This document shows, one piece after another, positions 47,018-57,844 of a stretch of 64,000 nt of DNA; position 1 is the first letter of the stretch; each line of letters starts with the position of its first letter. Location of the stretch: positions 131,814 to 195,813 of the forward strand of contig JAJDCO010000149.1 of the NCBI GenBank assembly GCA_029260795.1, given 5' to 3'. Origin of the DNA: Planctomycetota bacterium (GTDB lineage: Bacteria; Planctomycetota; OFTM77). Made by a program: the position numbers and the translations under genes. Under the pieces are notes generated by a model. The model made no database searches and had not been told where the DNA came from. It saw only the letters and a list, made by a program, of their open reading frames with translations.

Positions 47018-48643
47018 ATGCGGCCTAACGTCCTCGCCACGATGCACGTCGGGTTCTGGATCGCCTTCACCGCCGCGCCGGCGATGGCCGTCCAGAGCTC
47101 GGCCGACAACGGCCCCGGCGTGCCCGCCGCTTCGGCCTCAGAGGCAGGCCTCGTCCGGACGATCCACACTGCCTTCCGCGCCGAGCGCGCGTTCACGACC
47201 ATTCAATTCACGGACGGCTTCTATCGCGCGCCCGCGAACGACGGCTTCGAGGCCGTGCTCGATCACCTGCTCGAGCAGCTTCGAGCCGCGGGCTACTCCG
47301 AGGACGGCGACCGGTTCCAGCTCGAAGTGATCGAGACACCGCGCAACCAGCCGGCCTGGACGCCGAAGCGGGGCCGGCTCGTACTCGAGGTCCCGGGGGA
47401 GGAGCCCGTCGTGCTGCACGCCTTCGACGACCCGGGTGGGCGGGATCGTGTCATGCTGCCGGTCAATGCACCGTCCGCTTCGGTGCGGGGTCCAATCGCG
47501 CTGTCGCTCGACGATGTGAAGGAGGGCTCCCTCCTGGTCACCGAGGAGTCGGCCGGCCGGGCCGGAGCGCGCGCCAAGTCGCGCGGCGCCGTGGCCGTGC
47601 TGTCGTCCCGGCTTCAAGACTTCAACGTCGATCCGACCGAGGCCGATCGTCACCTCGACGCCATTCTGTTCACGAGTGTTTTTCGTCAGCTCGATCTTCC
47701 GGTCGGAATGATCTCGCCCCGCTCCCTCGAGCGCATCTGCGCGGCCGTCGCGGACAGCCCCGACTCCCAGCTCGCCTTCGAGGCGGAAGTGACTTTCGCG
47801 CGCCGCCCTCTGCGCACCGTCGTGGCACGCATCGTCGGAGGGGACGAGCCCGGGCGAGCGGTCGCCATTGCCAGCCACGTCCAGGAGCCGGGCGCCTGCG
47901 ACAATGCGTCTGGCGTAGGAGGCACGCTCGAGACGGCGCGCTGCCTGGTCGAGCTGATCCGAGCTGACAAGCTGCCGGTACCGAAGCGCACGATCGTATT
48001 CATCTTCGGTGACGAGATGACCCAGAGCCGCATTTGGCTCGAGCACACCGAGCTCGAAGCGATCGCGGGCATCTCGGTCGACATGGTGGGCGAGTCGCGT
48101 GAGAAGACGGGAGCGATCGCGCTCCTCGAGCGCAGTCCCGATCCCGGCGCGGTCCATGTCCTGCCTCCCGATCGCCACACGCGCTGGGGCGCTTCGCCCG
48201 TCGCGGCGAAGAGTCTGAAGCCCAACGGGCTGTCGGTGCTTGGGCGTCTGGCGCTGGCGGACGTCGCCGCGCTCGAGCCGGCCTGGCAGGCCAGCGAGCA
48301 CCCCTGGGAAGGCGGCAGTGACCACGACATCTTCTTGCGGCAAGGGATCCCGGCGGTGCTCTTCTGGCACTTCACCGACTTCACGTATCACACGAGCCTG
48401 GATCGCCTCGACATGGTCGATCCCGCTGAAGTGCGCCGCACGATGGTCGCAGTGGCCTTGACGGCCTGGCGATTGGCGGCCCCGGACGAGGCGACGCTCG
48501 AGCGCGCATTGAAGGCGGTGGGCATTGAGGAAGCGCTTCGACTTCAAGCTGCCAATAAAGCCAAGAACCGGGCCGCGCTGAAGGCCTGGCGGGCCTGGAA
48601 TGACGGAGCGAAGCAATGGTTGCGGAGGGTGTTCCAGGAATGA
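47018..48643 (+). CDS. M28 family zinc peptidase with PA-like insert, secreted
   Basis: SHVQEPGACDNASG, FGDE, SVDMVG, GGSDH, YHTSLD; signal-like N-terminus. Confidence 0.88.
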   Translation: MRPNVLATMHVGFWIAFTAAPAMAVQSSADNGPGVPAASASEAGLVRTIHTAFRAERAFTTIQFTDGFYRAPANDGFEAVLDHLLEQLRAAGYSEDGDRFQLEVIETPRNQPAWTPKRGRLVLEVPGEEPVVLHAFDDPGGRDRVMLPVNAPSASVRGPIALSLDDVKEGSLLVTEESAGRAGARAKSRGAVAVLSSRLQDFNVDPTEADRHLDAILFTSVFRQLDLPVGMISPRSLERICAAVADSPDSQLAFEAEVTFARRPLRTVVARIVGGDEPGRAVAIASHVQEPGACDNASGVGGTLETARCLVELIRADKLPVPKRTIVFIFGDEMTQSRIWLEHTELEAIAGISVDMVGESREKTGAIALLERSPDPGAVHVLPPDRHTRWGASPVAAKSLKPNGLSVLGRLALADVAALEPAWQASEHPWEGGSDHDIFLRQGIPAVLFWHFTDFTYHTSLDRLDMVDPAEVRRTMVAVALTAWRLAAPDEATLERALKAVGIEEALRLQAANKAKNRAALKAWRAWNDGAKQWLRRVFQE

Positions 48644-49107
48644 GTCGAGTGGACTCGTTTCGTCGGAGTGTGGCTTCCCGGACCTCGACGTTGACGACGT
48701 TCAGCGCGCGATGGCGTGAGAGATCCGAGCCGGGCGTTGGACGGCCATCTCATGGGAAGCAGCGCGAGAGGTGACCGCTCTCTCAGCGGTGTCGTCCACA
48801 GGCGCTGCAGCCCGACGTGGCGCGATGATAGAGCCGGAACGACGTGACGGACTCCGTTCGCGCCTCTGAAGGTCTCCGCGGCGACCGCCGGCTTTGGAGT
48901 TGTCGGAAACTTGCTGAAGGTTCGGTTCCCGTCCAGACGAACCGGTGCGAGGCGCGCGACATCCCACCCGACTGAGGTCGGGCCCCCGAGCGGACCTTCT
49001 CGATTGACTCCGGGGCGAACTCTCGCGAGCATCGCTTCTGGATCGAATACGTCGTGCCCTTTCCAGATGCTCGCCATGGCGGGCCGCGAAACGAGAAGGA
49101 GTCTTGC

Positions 49108-49767
49108 ATGCGCGTTCGAGAGCTCGGAGTCGGCTTCATTCTCGGGGCGCTCGGCATGACGCTCGCCGCGAGCCTTCCCATCCTGGAGTCCGAAGAGCCG
49201 CCGCTGACCTACCGGCTGAAGGTCGAGGGCGGTGAGACCTTGCCGCTGCGGCTGGGGGAGCCCATCGAGCTGGCCACGCCGAACGAGCGCACGCGGCTCA
49301 CGCTCGAGGCCGACGAGTTCCGGTCTTTCCAGCGACACGGGATTCGCTTTCGTTATCCGGCCCACTTCCGCTGGGAGCTCGAACGCGAGCAGGGGTACGA
49401 GGTCGTCTTCATCGAGGGACCCGACGTGCTCATCGGTGTGCACCGGTACTCGGACGACGAAGATCCGGCCGACATGGTCGAGTATTGGGTCAAGACGATC
49501 ATGGAGGAGTACGAGTTCCAAGAAGGCCGTACCGAGAAGCGCTCCCTGAAGTGGAGGCTCGGCCGGCAGGAGCTCGAAGGCATCGAGCTGGACGCCGTGA
49601 TCGGGGGTACCTTCATCCGACACTCCGTGGTCGGATTCCGCAGCGCCGGCTCCGTGATCGTGTTCTCGCTCCAGGATCCGCTGGGGGAGGACGGATCCTC
49701 GAGCGTCGAAGGTCGCGAGACGAAGAAGATGCTCGAGGAGAGCTTCTCTCTCATCGAGCGACGGTAG
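49108..49767 (+). CDS. Secreted hypothetical protein
   Basis: AAGGAG RBS; hydrophobic N-terminus; 'GIRFRYP' PsbP/DcrB-like strand. Confidence 0.65.
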   Translation: MRVRELGVGFILGALGMTLAASLPILESEEPPLTYRLKVEGGETLPLRLGEPIELATPNERTRLTLEADEFRSFQRHGIRFRYPAHFRWELEREQGYEVVFIEGPDVLIGVHRYSDDEDPADMVEYWVKTIMEEYEFQEGRTEKRSLKWRLGRQELEGIELDAVIGGTFIRHSVVGFRSAGSVIVFSLQDPLGEDGSSSVEGRETKKMLEESFSLIERR

Positions 49768-49783
49768 TCTCTCTTGCCCGGAA

Positions 49784-49925
49784 GGCGGGCGTTCCGCCTG
49801 GCGTTCCGCCTGGCGTTCCGCCCGCTCGGGGCGTCCGGAGCTTACTTGGCGTCCGCTTCGCCTCGCTGAGGTGGTCCTCGTTCGTCCGACCGCGGTACGT
49901 GGCGAGGCTGCGAGGTCGCACTCCC
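49784..49925 (-). repeat. 12-bp tandem repeat GGCGTTCCGCCT x3 (49788-49823) plus degenerate inverted family-A copy
   Basis: Direct reading; minus strand GGGAGTGCGACCTCGCAGC...CGAGGCGAAGCGGACGCC. Confidence 0.65.
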
Positions 49926-49998
49926 GTCGTATCAGCGCCGAACCTCCCGAATGGCGAGCCCAGACCGAGCTCGTCGGGAGACACGATTCACCATCAGC

Positions 49999-50352
49999 TC
50001 AGAAGAAGGAAATCGTGAGCGGGTACTTCCAGAGTTTACCGTCGTTGGCCTTGATGGCGCCCACGATGGGGAAGATGATCGCCAGCAGGCTCATCACGAT
50101 GATCATCGGGATGCCGATGATGACGAAGATCAGCAACACGCAGATGATCCAATAGATGATCGAGCTGATGATCCAGTTGACGACGGCTTTCCCGTGCTCA
50201 TCGATGCCCGGCAGCTCGTCTTTCTTCGTCTGCCAGATGACGATCGGCGCGATCATGCCGGCGAGGGGAACGACGTACCCGGCGAACTGGGAGAGGTGCA
50301 GGATCATGGCCCACTGGCGGGCCTGTCGCTCTTCTTCTGTGAGCATGCTCAT
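49999..50352 (-). CDS. DUF4870 domain membrane protein
   Basis: RQWAMILHLSQ, PIVIW..KKDE...DEHGK..VNW.IS, GAIKANDG..WKYP. Confidence 0.9.
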   Translation of the reverse strand: MSMLTEEERQARQWAMILHLSQFAGYVVPLAGMIAPIVIWQTKKDELPGIDEHGKAVVNWIISSIIYWIICVLLIFVIIGIPMIIVMSLLAIIFPIVGAIKANDGKLWKYPLTISFF

Positions 50353-50546
50353 GCGTCGGGCTCCTGGAGTTGCGTTGCTCGTGTCGGGACCGAGGAGGAC
50401 GAGAGTACTGGCTCCACGGTCGGGTTGGCAAGGCGGACCTCCGGACGAAGCGTTGCCCTCGCCAAGTCGGCGGGCGGCGAGTATCCTGGCTTCAGGGCCG
50501 GCGTACGAGCGGCTCGCACCAGAACCGGGATTCGAGGACACACTCC

Positions 50547-51950
50547 ATGATCGAGCTGACGAAGATTTGTGTGATGGTCGGGTGGGTCGTGCTGGCGCTC
50601 GGCCTCCCGGTGGCCGAAGGCCAGGTGAGCAAGCAGCAAGCGACGCGCTTCGACTTCGATCAGGATCAGGACGGGATCCTCGATTTCTTCGACCGCTGTC
50701 CGACCCTCGAGTACGCGCCCGGCTTCGATTGGCAGTCCTGCGGCCCGATGGATCAGAATCCGGGAAACGATCCGCAGCCCGAGTGCAAGGCGAGAGAGCG
50801 TGTGCTGAGCACGCTGCTCACGAACGGCACGTTCACGACCCACATCGCTTTCGCGGTCGTGAAGAACGGCCAGCTGCACTTTGCGGATGCCTTCGAGTAC
50901 CTCGGCCAAGGACAGTATCGCCAGGACCCGAACGGCATCCGGCGGCTGTACCGCGTCGGGTCGACCAGCAAGTCGGTGGTGGCCGTGGCGGCCAAGGTGC
51001 TCGAAGAGCTCGACGTGCTGTCGCTCTCCGATTACGTCAGCGATGACGACGCCTCGAAGGTCCCAGTCGGTGGCAAGCGGCAGCTCCGACACCTTCTGAG
51101 CCATCAGGGCGCCTTCAAGCTCGACAATGGCGCGATCCATCTCTACTGCTATCCCGGAGACCTGGGCGCCTTCTGGGCCGTGCCGGACGACCTCGTCTCA
51201 CCTCACTACGACAGCGCCGTCTACGGCAACCTCGGCGGCGGCTATCAGTACTCGGCCTTCAACTACTCGCTCGCCGGGGCCTATCTCGCGAATCAGACCG
51301 GCGGCTCGTTCGAGCAAGTGGTCCAGTCGATCGTGTTCGATTCGACAGGCATGTGTACGGCGACGGTGGATGGAGATCGCGCGGCGACGACGACGATCGG
51401 GGACGGCTGGGCGACGGCCGAAGGCGCCTCGATGCACGTCGGACCCTACATCAATCTCGTCAGCCCGACCGATCCGCTCTGCGTCGACAACTACTACAGC
51501 AGCGACGATCTCTACGGCGATCCCTACACGTGGCAGCTGTATCGGCTCGACGAAGCGGGCGCCGAAGCGCGCGACCCGGCCGGGGGTGTCATCGCCTCGG
51601 CCCTCGACCTGGCGCACTTCGCCGAGTCCCTTCTCGCCAGCTACCACGGCACCGGCGGGATCGTGTCACCGGCCGGCATCCGCGAGCTCTGGGCAGCCAC
51701 GAGCGACCTCGGCTGCGGTGGGGGCTGTCCTTACGAGCGCTACTACGGCATCGGGTTCTTCACCGACTCGCTGTCGGGTCAGCCCGTTCATCAGGTCGGG
51801 CACGGCGGCGCGCGCCCCGGCTTCTCGACCGCCTTCGTGCTCCGGCCCGAAGCCAATCTGGCCGTCGCGATCCTCGCCAACTCCGACGTGAGCACTGTCC
51901 TGATGTCGAATGTCGCGAAGGCGATCCTGGACGACTTCGAGACTCCGTGA
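50547..51950 (+). CDS. Secreted serine hydrolase, beta-lactamase (class C)-related
   Basis: YRVGSTSK (SxxK), LRHLLSH, YQYS..NY, PAGG..ASA.DLA.F, GHGG; N-terminal DQDQDGILD..DRCP motif. Confidence 0.85.
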   Translation: MIELTKICVMVGWVVLALGLPVAEGQVSKQQATRFDFDQDQDGILDFFDRCPTLEYAPGFDWQSCGPMDQNPGNDPQPECKARERVLSTLLTNGTFTTHIAFAVVKNGQLHFADAFEYLGQGQYRQDPNGIRRLYRVGSTSKSVVAVAAKVLEELDVLSLSDYVSDDDASKVPVGGKRQLRHLLSHQGAFKLDNGAIHLYCYPGDLGAFWAVPDDLVSPHYDSAVYGNLGGGYQYSAFNYSLAGAYLANQTGGSFEQVVQSIVFDSTGMCTATVDGDRAATTTIGDGWATAEGASMHVGPYINLVSPTDPLCVDNYYSSDDLYGDPYTWQLYRLDEAGAEARDPAGGVIASALDLAHFAESLLASYHGTGGIVSPAGIRELWAATSDLGCGGGCPYERYYGIGFFTDSLSGQPVHQVGHGGARPGFSTAFVLRPEANLAVAILANSDVSTVLMSNVAKAILDDFETP

Positions 51951-52336
51951 GGGCCGAGACACCGAGTGCGTCCGCGCAGCGACTCGGGCTCGTGCGCGTC
52001 CGTCACCCCATGGTTCGTCTTGATTGCGTCCCGACCTCGGATCCACTCTCTCATCGTCGTCGAGCGAGCAGGGGGCGGCCCGCCGTCGACCGATTGAATT
52101 GGAACGATCGAGGTGGCGGACTCCGTCCGCGTCTCTGTTCGTCGAATCGCCGAGTCGACCGAGTGAACTCGGGCCTCCGTGGGATGGGTTGGAGCACCTC
52201 GTTCTGCAACCCTCGGCTGAGGTGGGCTCACACTCCGCATGTCTCTCTTCTTCCGCCGGCGGGCTCGGATCGTTAGGCTCGAAGAGCACCGGCGTGAGCC
52301 TTCGATTCGACCATCCGCTATTCGGAGAATGCAGCG

Positions 52337-54886
52337 ATGCGACGACACGTGCTGGCCAAGGGATCGCGGTTCGGTGAGGCGCGATGGTCGTTCATCGTCG
52401 CGCTCGGCTTGGTCGGAATGCTGGTGGTCTTCGGGAGTCGGCTCGGGCTGGACTCGAAGGAAGGCGAAGGCGTCGCGGCGACGTCTGGGGGATCGGAAGG
52501 CGCGTGGCTTGCGATCGAAGCGAAGCAGGCCAGGCTCGCCGAGAGCGGTCCCAAGGCTTTCGATGCCCCGGGAGCCGCCACCGAGTTCTTTCTCGAGCAA
52601 CGCTTGGAGCCCGGGCAGACCCGCCTACCGCTCGAGCATCTGCAGGAGCAGCTCGACGTTCTTCGCACTCGCGAGAACGGCCTTTCCGGTGCGGCCGTCA
52701 TTGGGCCTTCTGTGTCACCCATCGATCGTTGGCGAGCGATCGGGCCTGGCAACATCGGCGGTCGTACGCGTGGTTTCGCGATCGACCCGTCGGACCCGAA
52801 CGTTCTCCATGCCGCCGGTGTGGCCGGTGGGCTTTGGAAGTCCGAGGACGGGGGCGCGAGCTGGCGAGTGACGGACGATCGAATGCTGAATCTGGCGGTG
52901 TGCACGATCGTCATCGATCCGACCGATCCGGACGTGATCTACGCCGGCACCGGAGAAGGATACTTCGGGAGCGACGTCTTCGTGCGCGGGCTCGGGATCT
53001 TCAAGTCGACCGATCGGGGCGAGTCGTGGAGTCAGCTGCCGGGGACGGTGAATGGAGTTCCGGACGGGGCCTTTCACTACGTCAACGACATCGTCATCAG
53101 CCCCAACGACTCGAGCCGAGTCTACGCGGGCACTCGCTCGGGTGTCTGGCGGAGCACCGATGCCGGTGCGACCTGGTCGGTAATTCTCGCCAACCCGTGG
53201 GAGCTCTCGACGCCGCCTTTCACCAACGGCTGCAACGTCGGGTGTACCGATATCGCCGTCCGCAACGACCGTAATCCCGACGTGATCTTCGCGGCGTTTG
53301 GCAGCTTCGTGCGCGATGGTCTGTATCGCTCGAACACCGGAGGTGACAACTGGGTCTCCTACACCACGGGGAGCAATCAGGGGCGGATGACGATCGCCAT
53401 GGCGCCGAGCGACAACCGTGTCATTTACTTGCTGATGGCGGACAACGGAACCGGCGCGCCAGCGGGCCAGCTCGTCAACGTGTTTCAAGCGACCGACGGG
53501 CAGAACTTCCAGCCGCGCGTCGACCTGACGAGCAAGATGGGTCCCTGGCTCCTCAGCAATCTCGTCTTCGCCACGCGCTGCGCACCCGGACAGACCTACT
53601 CTCAGGGCTGGTACGACAACATCATTGCAGTCGACCCGGTCGATCCGGACGTGGTCTGGGTGGGCGGCATCGATCTCTTCCGCTCCGACGACGGCGCTCA
53701 GAACTTCGGGATCGCGAGCTACTGGTTCTACTACCAGGAGACCCCGCAGCCGCCTTACTACGTGCACCCGGACCAGCACTCGATCGTCTTCCATCCGAGT
53801 TACGACGGCGAGACGAATCAGACGATGTACGTCACGAACGATGGCGGGATCTATCGCACCGACAACGCGCGGGCCGCCACCAGCCAGGAGGACTGCCCGT
53901 TCCCGTACGACGAGCCCCTGCCTCAGATCGATTGGCAGGATCTGAACAACGGCTACGGCGTCACGCAGTTCTATCACGGCGATAGCGCCCGGGCTGAGGA
54001 CGTCTATGTCGGGGGAGCGCAGGACAACGGGAGCATTCGTGCGCAGTCGCGGTATCGGCCCAACGAGTGGAAGCGAATCTTCGGCGGGGACGGCGGCTAT
54101 GTCGCGATCGATCCGACCGACAGCCAGGTGATCTACATCGAGTATCAGGGCTTCCCGACGATTCAGAAGTCGACGGATGGCGGGGAGACCTTCAGCCCGG
54201 CGACGACGGGCATCACGGATACCGATGGGGTCTTCATCACACCCATCGCGATGGATCAGAACGATCCCCAAGTGCTCTGGACGGGAGGGTCCCGTCCCTG
54301 GCGAACGAAGAACGGGGCGACGTCCTGGAGTGTGGCCGGTCCGAATCTCAACGGCCCCGACAAGATCTCGGCGATCGGGATCGCTCCCTCGGATGGCAAC
54401 GTCGTGTACCTCGGCTTCGACAACGGATACGTGGCACGGACCACCAACGGGTTGGCCGCTCAGCCGAGCTGGGTCGTTCGCTCGAATGGCCTCGTCGGCG
54501 GCTGGGTCAGCAGTCTGGCCGTCGATCCGAAGAATCCGAACGTCGCCTACTGCACGTACTCGAACTACGGGATTCCGCACCTCTTCAAGACCATGAACGG
54601 AGGCGTCTTGTGGACCTCCGTCGACGGGATCGGGTTCGCAGGCGTGCCGGACATTCCCGTGCATTGCCTCGCGATTCGCCCGGATCTGTCGAGGCAGCTC
54701 TTCGCCGGCACCGAGCTCGGCGTCTTCTTCAGCGATGACGGCGGCGCGACCTGGACCCCCGTGAACGATGGCCTGGCCCACACCGTGGTCGAATGGCTCG
54801 ATTTTCAGGACGCCAATACGCTGGTGGCGTTCACGCACGGACGCGGCACCTACCTCACCCAAGTCAATCCGAGGCTCGCGAAGTAG
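52337..54886 (+). CDS. BNR/Asp-box repeat beta-propeller protein (VPS10/GH74-like putative glycoside hydrolase)
   Basis: W..IGP.NIGGR, repeated KS.DGG.SW / RS.D.G..W, YAGTGE, HPDQH, GGAQDNG, GGDG, AFTHGRG. Confidence 0.85.
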   Translation: MRRHVLAKGSRFGEARWSFIVALGLVGMLVVFGSRLGLDSKEGEGVAATSGGSEGAWLAIEAKQARLAESGPKAFDAPGAATEFFLEQRLEPGQTRLPLEHLQEQLDVLRTRENGLSGAAVIGPSVSPIDRWRAIGPGNIGGRTRGFAIDPSDPNVLHAAGVAGGLWKSEDGGASWRVTDDRMLNLAVCTIVIDPTDPDVIYAGTGEGYFGSDVFVRGLGIFKSTDRGESWSQLPGTVNGVPDGAFHYVNDIVISPNDSSRVYAGTRSGVWRSTDAGATWSVILANPWELSTPPFTNGCNVGCTDIAVRNDRNPDVIFAAFGSFVRDGLYRSNTGGDNWVSYTTGSNQGRMTIAMAPSDNRVIYLLMADNGTGAPAGQLVNVFQATDGQNFQPRVDLTSKMGPWLLSNLVFATRCAPGQTYSQGWYDNIIAVDPVDPDVVWVGGIDLFRSDDGAQNFGIASYWFYYQETPQPPYYVHPDQHSIVFHPSYDGETNQTMYVTNDGGIYRTDNARAATSQEDCPFPYDEPLPQIDWQDLNNGYGVTQFYHGDSARAEDVYVGGAQDNGSIRAQSRYRPNEWKRIFGGDGGYVAIDPTDSQVIYIEYQGFPTIQKSTDGGETFSPATTGITDTDGVFITPIAMDQNDPQVLWTGGSRPWRTKNGATSWSVAGPNLNGPDKISAIGIAPSDGNVVYLGFDNGYVARTTNGLAAQPSWVVRSNGLVGGWVSSLAVDPKNPNVAYCTYSNYGIPHLFKTMNGGVLWTSVDGIGFAGVPDIPVHCLAIRPDLSRQLFAGTELGVFFSDDGGATWTPVNDGLAHTVVEWLDFQDANTLVAFTHGRGTYLTQVNPRLAK

Positions 54887-55176
54887 GGGCGAGCGAGTTC
54901 GGTCGGGTGTCCTCGGGGAGGACGATTCGAGGCGTCATGAGCCATCCATGGCCCGGAAACCGGCTCGCCGCCGAGGGCGCCGCCAGAGTATGCTGGCGGA
55001 CTCTCGAGGAGGTGGGGTCTCGATCTTCACGTCGAATCCACACGACTTCGAGCCGTGCCTGCGGCACGATACCGCCTCGGCGGTTCGTGACCGCCGCTCA
55101 AGAGCCTGAACCCGATTCCCCTGCACTGACGGTCGACGCGCTGGCGATCGGCCGCACCCTGACTTGGAGGATGACC

Positions 55177-56166
55177 ATGACCCAGTGGATGAAGCGCCTC
55201 GGTATTCTCGCGGTCCTTCTAATGATCGCGGCACCCGCCTTCGGGCAGCGAATCAGCGAGATCCGCATCGACCAGCCTTCGACCGACAACGACGAGTACT
55301 TCGAGCTGACCGGTCCACCGAGCGGATCGCTGGACGGTTTTACCTACCTCGTGCTCGGCGACACGGGCAGTGGAACGATCGAGGCCGTGATCGATCTCAC
55401 CGGCCTGAGCTTCGACGCGAATGGCTTCTTCGTCGCGGCCGAGTCGAGCTTCACGCTCGGGACGGCCGATTTCACGACGAGCCTCAACTTCGAGAACAGC
55501 GACAACGTGACGCACATGCTCGTGAGCGGCTTCACGGGCGCGAACGGTCAGGACCTCGACCCGGACGACGACTGCGACCTCGACGTCTTTCCCTGGACCG
55601 CCATCGTCGATTCGATCGCGCTGGTCGAGGAGCCGAACCCGCCGACGGGCACCGAGTGTTTCTACGGGTTGGGAATCGGCCCGGAGAGCACCCAGGCAGG
55701 TACGTTCGTGCCCGGCCACATCTTCCGCTGTGGCAACCGCTGGTTCATCGGTGCCTTTGACCCGGTGGGCGGGCAGGACACGCCCGGCGCCGCGAACGCC
55801 GACTTGATCCTCAACCTGCTCGGTACCCCGACGGCCGGCAACAGCGTGAACTTCCAGATCTGTGCGAAGGGCCAGGATGGCAACCGCGCCCAGGTGCTGC
55901 TCTCGTGCAGTGGCACGGCCGGCATTCCGCTGCCGGCGAGCGGTGGTCTCGTCTTGCCGTTGACCTTCGACGCCTGCACGAGCCTGAGCCTGAGCCTCTC
56001 CGTCGTCTTGACCGGCACGGTGGGCGCCGTCGACTCGGGTGTCGCCGACACGCCGCTGCTGCTGGTTCCCACGACCCCGACGACCCCGGCCTGGGCGGCT
56101 GCGTTCACGGTCGGTGGCTCGGGCTTCGTGTCCGTGACGGGTCCGATCGACTTCAATATCAACTGA
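55177..56166 (+). CDS. Secreted protein: lamin-tail-like N-terminal domain + uncharacterised ~120-aa C-terminal domain
   Basis: GGAGG RBS; signal peptide ending AFG/Q; ISEIRIDQ...DEYFEL ... TPGAAN; C-terminus homologous to that of 59329-61833. Confidence 0.75.
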   Translation: MTQWMKRLGILAVLLMIAAPAFGQRISEIRIDQPSTDNDEYFELTGPPSGSLDGFTYLVLGDTGSGTIEAVIDLTGLSFDANGFFVAAESSFTLGTADFTTSLNFENSDNVTHMLVSGFTGANGQDLDPDDDCDLDVFPWTAIVDSIALVEEPNPPTGTECFYGLGIGPESTQAGTFVPGHIFRCGNRWFIGAFDPVGGQDTPGAANADLILNLLGTPTAGNSVNFQICAKGQDGNRAQVLLSCSGTAGIPLPASGGLVLPLTFDACTSLSLSLSVVLTGTVGAVDSGVADTPLLLVPTTPTTPAWAAAFTVGGSGFVSVTGPIDFNIN

Positions 56167-56199
56167 GTCGGCGCGGGCCGTCTCCGATCCGATCACGAA

Positions 56200-56236
56200 G
56201 CGCCGTCCGGGAGTGCTCCCGGGCGGCGCCTTCTCA
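56200..56236 (+). terminator. GC-rich hairpin, probable terminator
   Basis: GCGCCGTCCGGGAG-TG-CTCCCGGGCGGCGC then CTTCTC. Confidence 0.6.
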
Positions 56237-56279
56237 TTCGGGGAGCCACCTTCGTCCCTCATGTGCTTTGGGAGCTTCG

Positions 56280-57797
56280 ATGGTGAGAGTCGACGTTTTC
56301 TGCCGCGTCCTGGCGCTGCTCTTCCTCTTCACCGGCGCGACGTCGCTGGCCGGATCGTGCCCGGCTCAGGACTCGGCGCCTGCCCTCGAGGACCCGAAGC
56401 CGCCCACGGTCCGCGCCCCGGCCTCCGAGCGTCCGACGGCTTCGCCGCAGCCGGGGCTGGAGACACGGCAAGCACCGCGCCCGCTGGCAATCGGAGCCGT
56501 GACCGAGGACTGGCCGTGGTTTCTCGGCCCGCGGCGAGACGCGATATCCAGCGAGCAGCCGATCGAGAAGGACTGGGCCGAGTCCGGCCCCCGGCTGGTC
56601 TGGCGCTGGAAGACCGGCGAAGGATATGCCTCGCCGTCGGTCCGAGGGGATCGCCTGGTGTTCTTCCACCGGGTCGGCGACGAGGAGATCCTCGAGTGTC
56701 TCGACGCCGAGACGGGACAGCGCTTCTGGCGACACGCCTATCGCTGCGAATACGAGGATGACTTCGGCTTCTCGGCGGGCCCCAAGTGCAGCCCGTTGCT
56801 CGAAGAGGACCTCGGGTGGACCCTCGGCATCCAGGGCGTCTTGACGGCGTTCCATCTGCCTTCCGGCACAATCCTGTGGCAGCGGCGCTTGCTCGAGGAG
56901 TTCTCGATTCCCAAGGGCTTCTTCGGCGTCGGGACTCATCCCTTGCTTTGGGGGAATGAGCTGATCATCAGTTTGGGAGTGCCGGAGGGACCGAGCGTCG
57001 TCGGCTTCGACAAGCGCACGGGACGACTTCTTTGGGGCGCTGGAAAGAGCTTTCAGTCCAGCTACGCGACGCCCGTCCCGACCCGGATCGGGGAGCGTGA
57101 CAAGATCGTCGTGTTCGGGGGAGGCAAGCTGCGGCCCCCTCGAGGTGGGCTGATGGTCATCGATCGCGAGCGGCACACGGTCGATGTCGAGTTCCCGTGG
57201 CGCAGCCGGACCTACTACTCGGTGAATGCTTCGACACCGATCGTGCGCGGCGCGTCGGTCTTCTTGAGCGAGTCCTATGGGCTGGGTGGAATCCGCCTCG
57301 ACCTGAACGAGTCCGCGACCGAGGTGAAGGAAGCCTGGAGGAACGAGCGCTTCGACCTCCATTGGCATACACCGCTGATGCTCGGTGACCATCTCTACGG
57401 CTTTGCCGGTCAGGGCGAGCGGTCCAGCGAGCTGGTCTGCGTCGAGTGGATCAGTGGCAAGGAGCGGTGGCGCGAAGCGATTGCCTGGGAGGAGACAATC
57501 CAAGGGTCTTCCGGACCTCGGCCGCGCGATCTCGGCGTCTATCGGGGCTCGCTGCTCCACGTCGACGGGGCGACGCTGTGTCTCGGTGAGTGGGGCGATC
57601 TGCTCTGGCTCGAGCTCTCCCCGAAGGGAGTAAAAGTCCTGGCCCGCACCAAGCTCTTTGATGCGGACCAGAGCTGGTCGCTGCCCATCTTGAGCCGCGG
57701 CCTACTGTACATTTGTCAGAACACCCCCGCTCGCCTCACGCGAGAGCCGCCGCGGCTTTACTGCTACGACTTGCGCTCGGCGGGCGAGAAGCGCTGA
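56280..57797 (+). CDS. PQQ-binding-like beta-propeller repeat protein (BamB-like), secreted
   Basis: DWPWFLGPRRD, GYASP, CLDAETG..W, FDKRTG..LW, SYATP, W..P.L..G.LY. Confidence 0.88.
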   Translation: MVRVDVFCRVLALLFLFTGATSLAGSCPAQDSAPALEDPKPPTVRAPASERPTASPQPGLETRQAPRPLAIGAVTEDWPWFLGPRRDAISSEQPIEKDWAESGPRLVWRWKTGEGYASPSVRGDRLVFFHRVGDEEILECLDAETGQRFWRHAYRCEYEDDFGFSAGPKCSPLLEEDLGWTLGIQGVLTAFHLPSGTILWQRRLLEEFSIPKGFFGVGTHPLLWGNELIISLGVPEGPSVVGFDKRTGRLLWGAGKSFQSSYATPVPTRIGERDKIVVFGGGKLRPPRGGLMVIDRERHTVDVEFPWRSRTYYSVNASTPIVRGASVFLSESYGLGGIRLDLNESATEVKEAWRNERFDLHWHTPLMLGDHLYGFAGQGERSSELVCVEWISGKERWREAIAWEETIQGSSGPRPRDLGVYRGSLLHVDGATLCLGEWGDLLWLELSPKGVKVLARTKLFDADQSWSLPILSRGLLYICQNTPARLTREPPRLYCYDLRSAGEKR

Positions 57798-57844
57798 CGG
57801 GGTCGAGCGGTGGCTCGGGGCCACCGCTCATTGCGGGAACGGAA

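Noticed and set aside
48644-49107. Possible ncRNA or small gene in long intergenic gaps (also 6154-6460, 58826-59328, 61834-62177)
   Set aside because: No tRNA, riboswitch or convincing ORF signature was recognised by eye; an Rfam scan would be needed.
50547-51950. True antibiotic-resistance beta-lactamase
   Set aside because: Only generic SxxK serine-hydrolase motifs are present; the family includes many esterases and peptidases.
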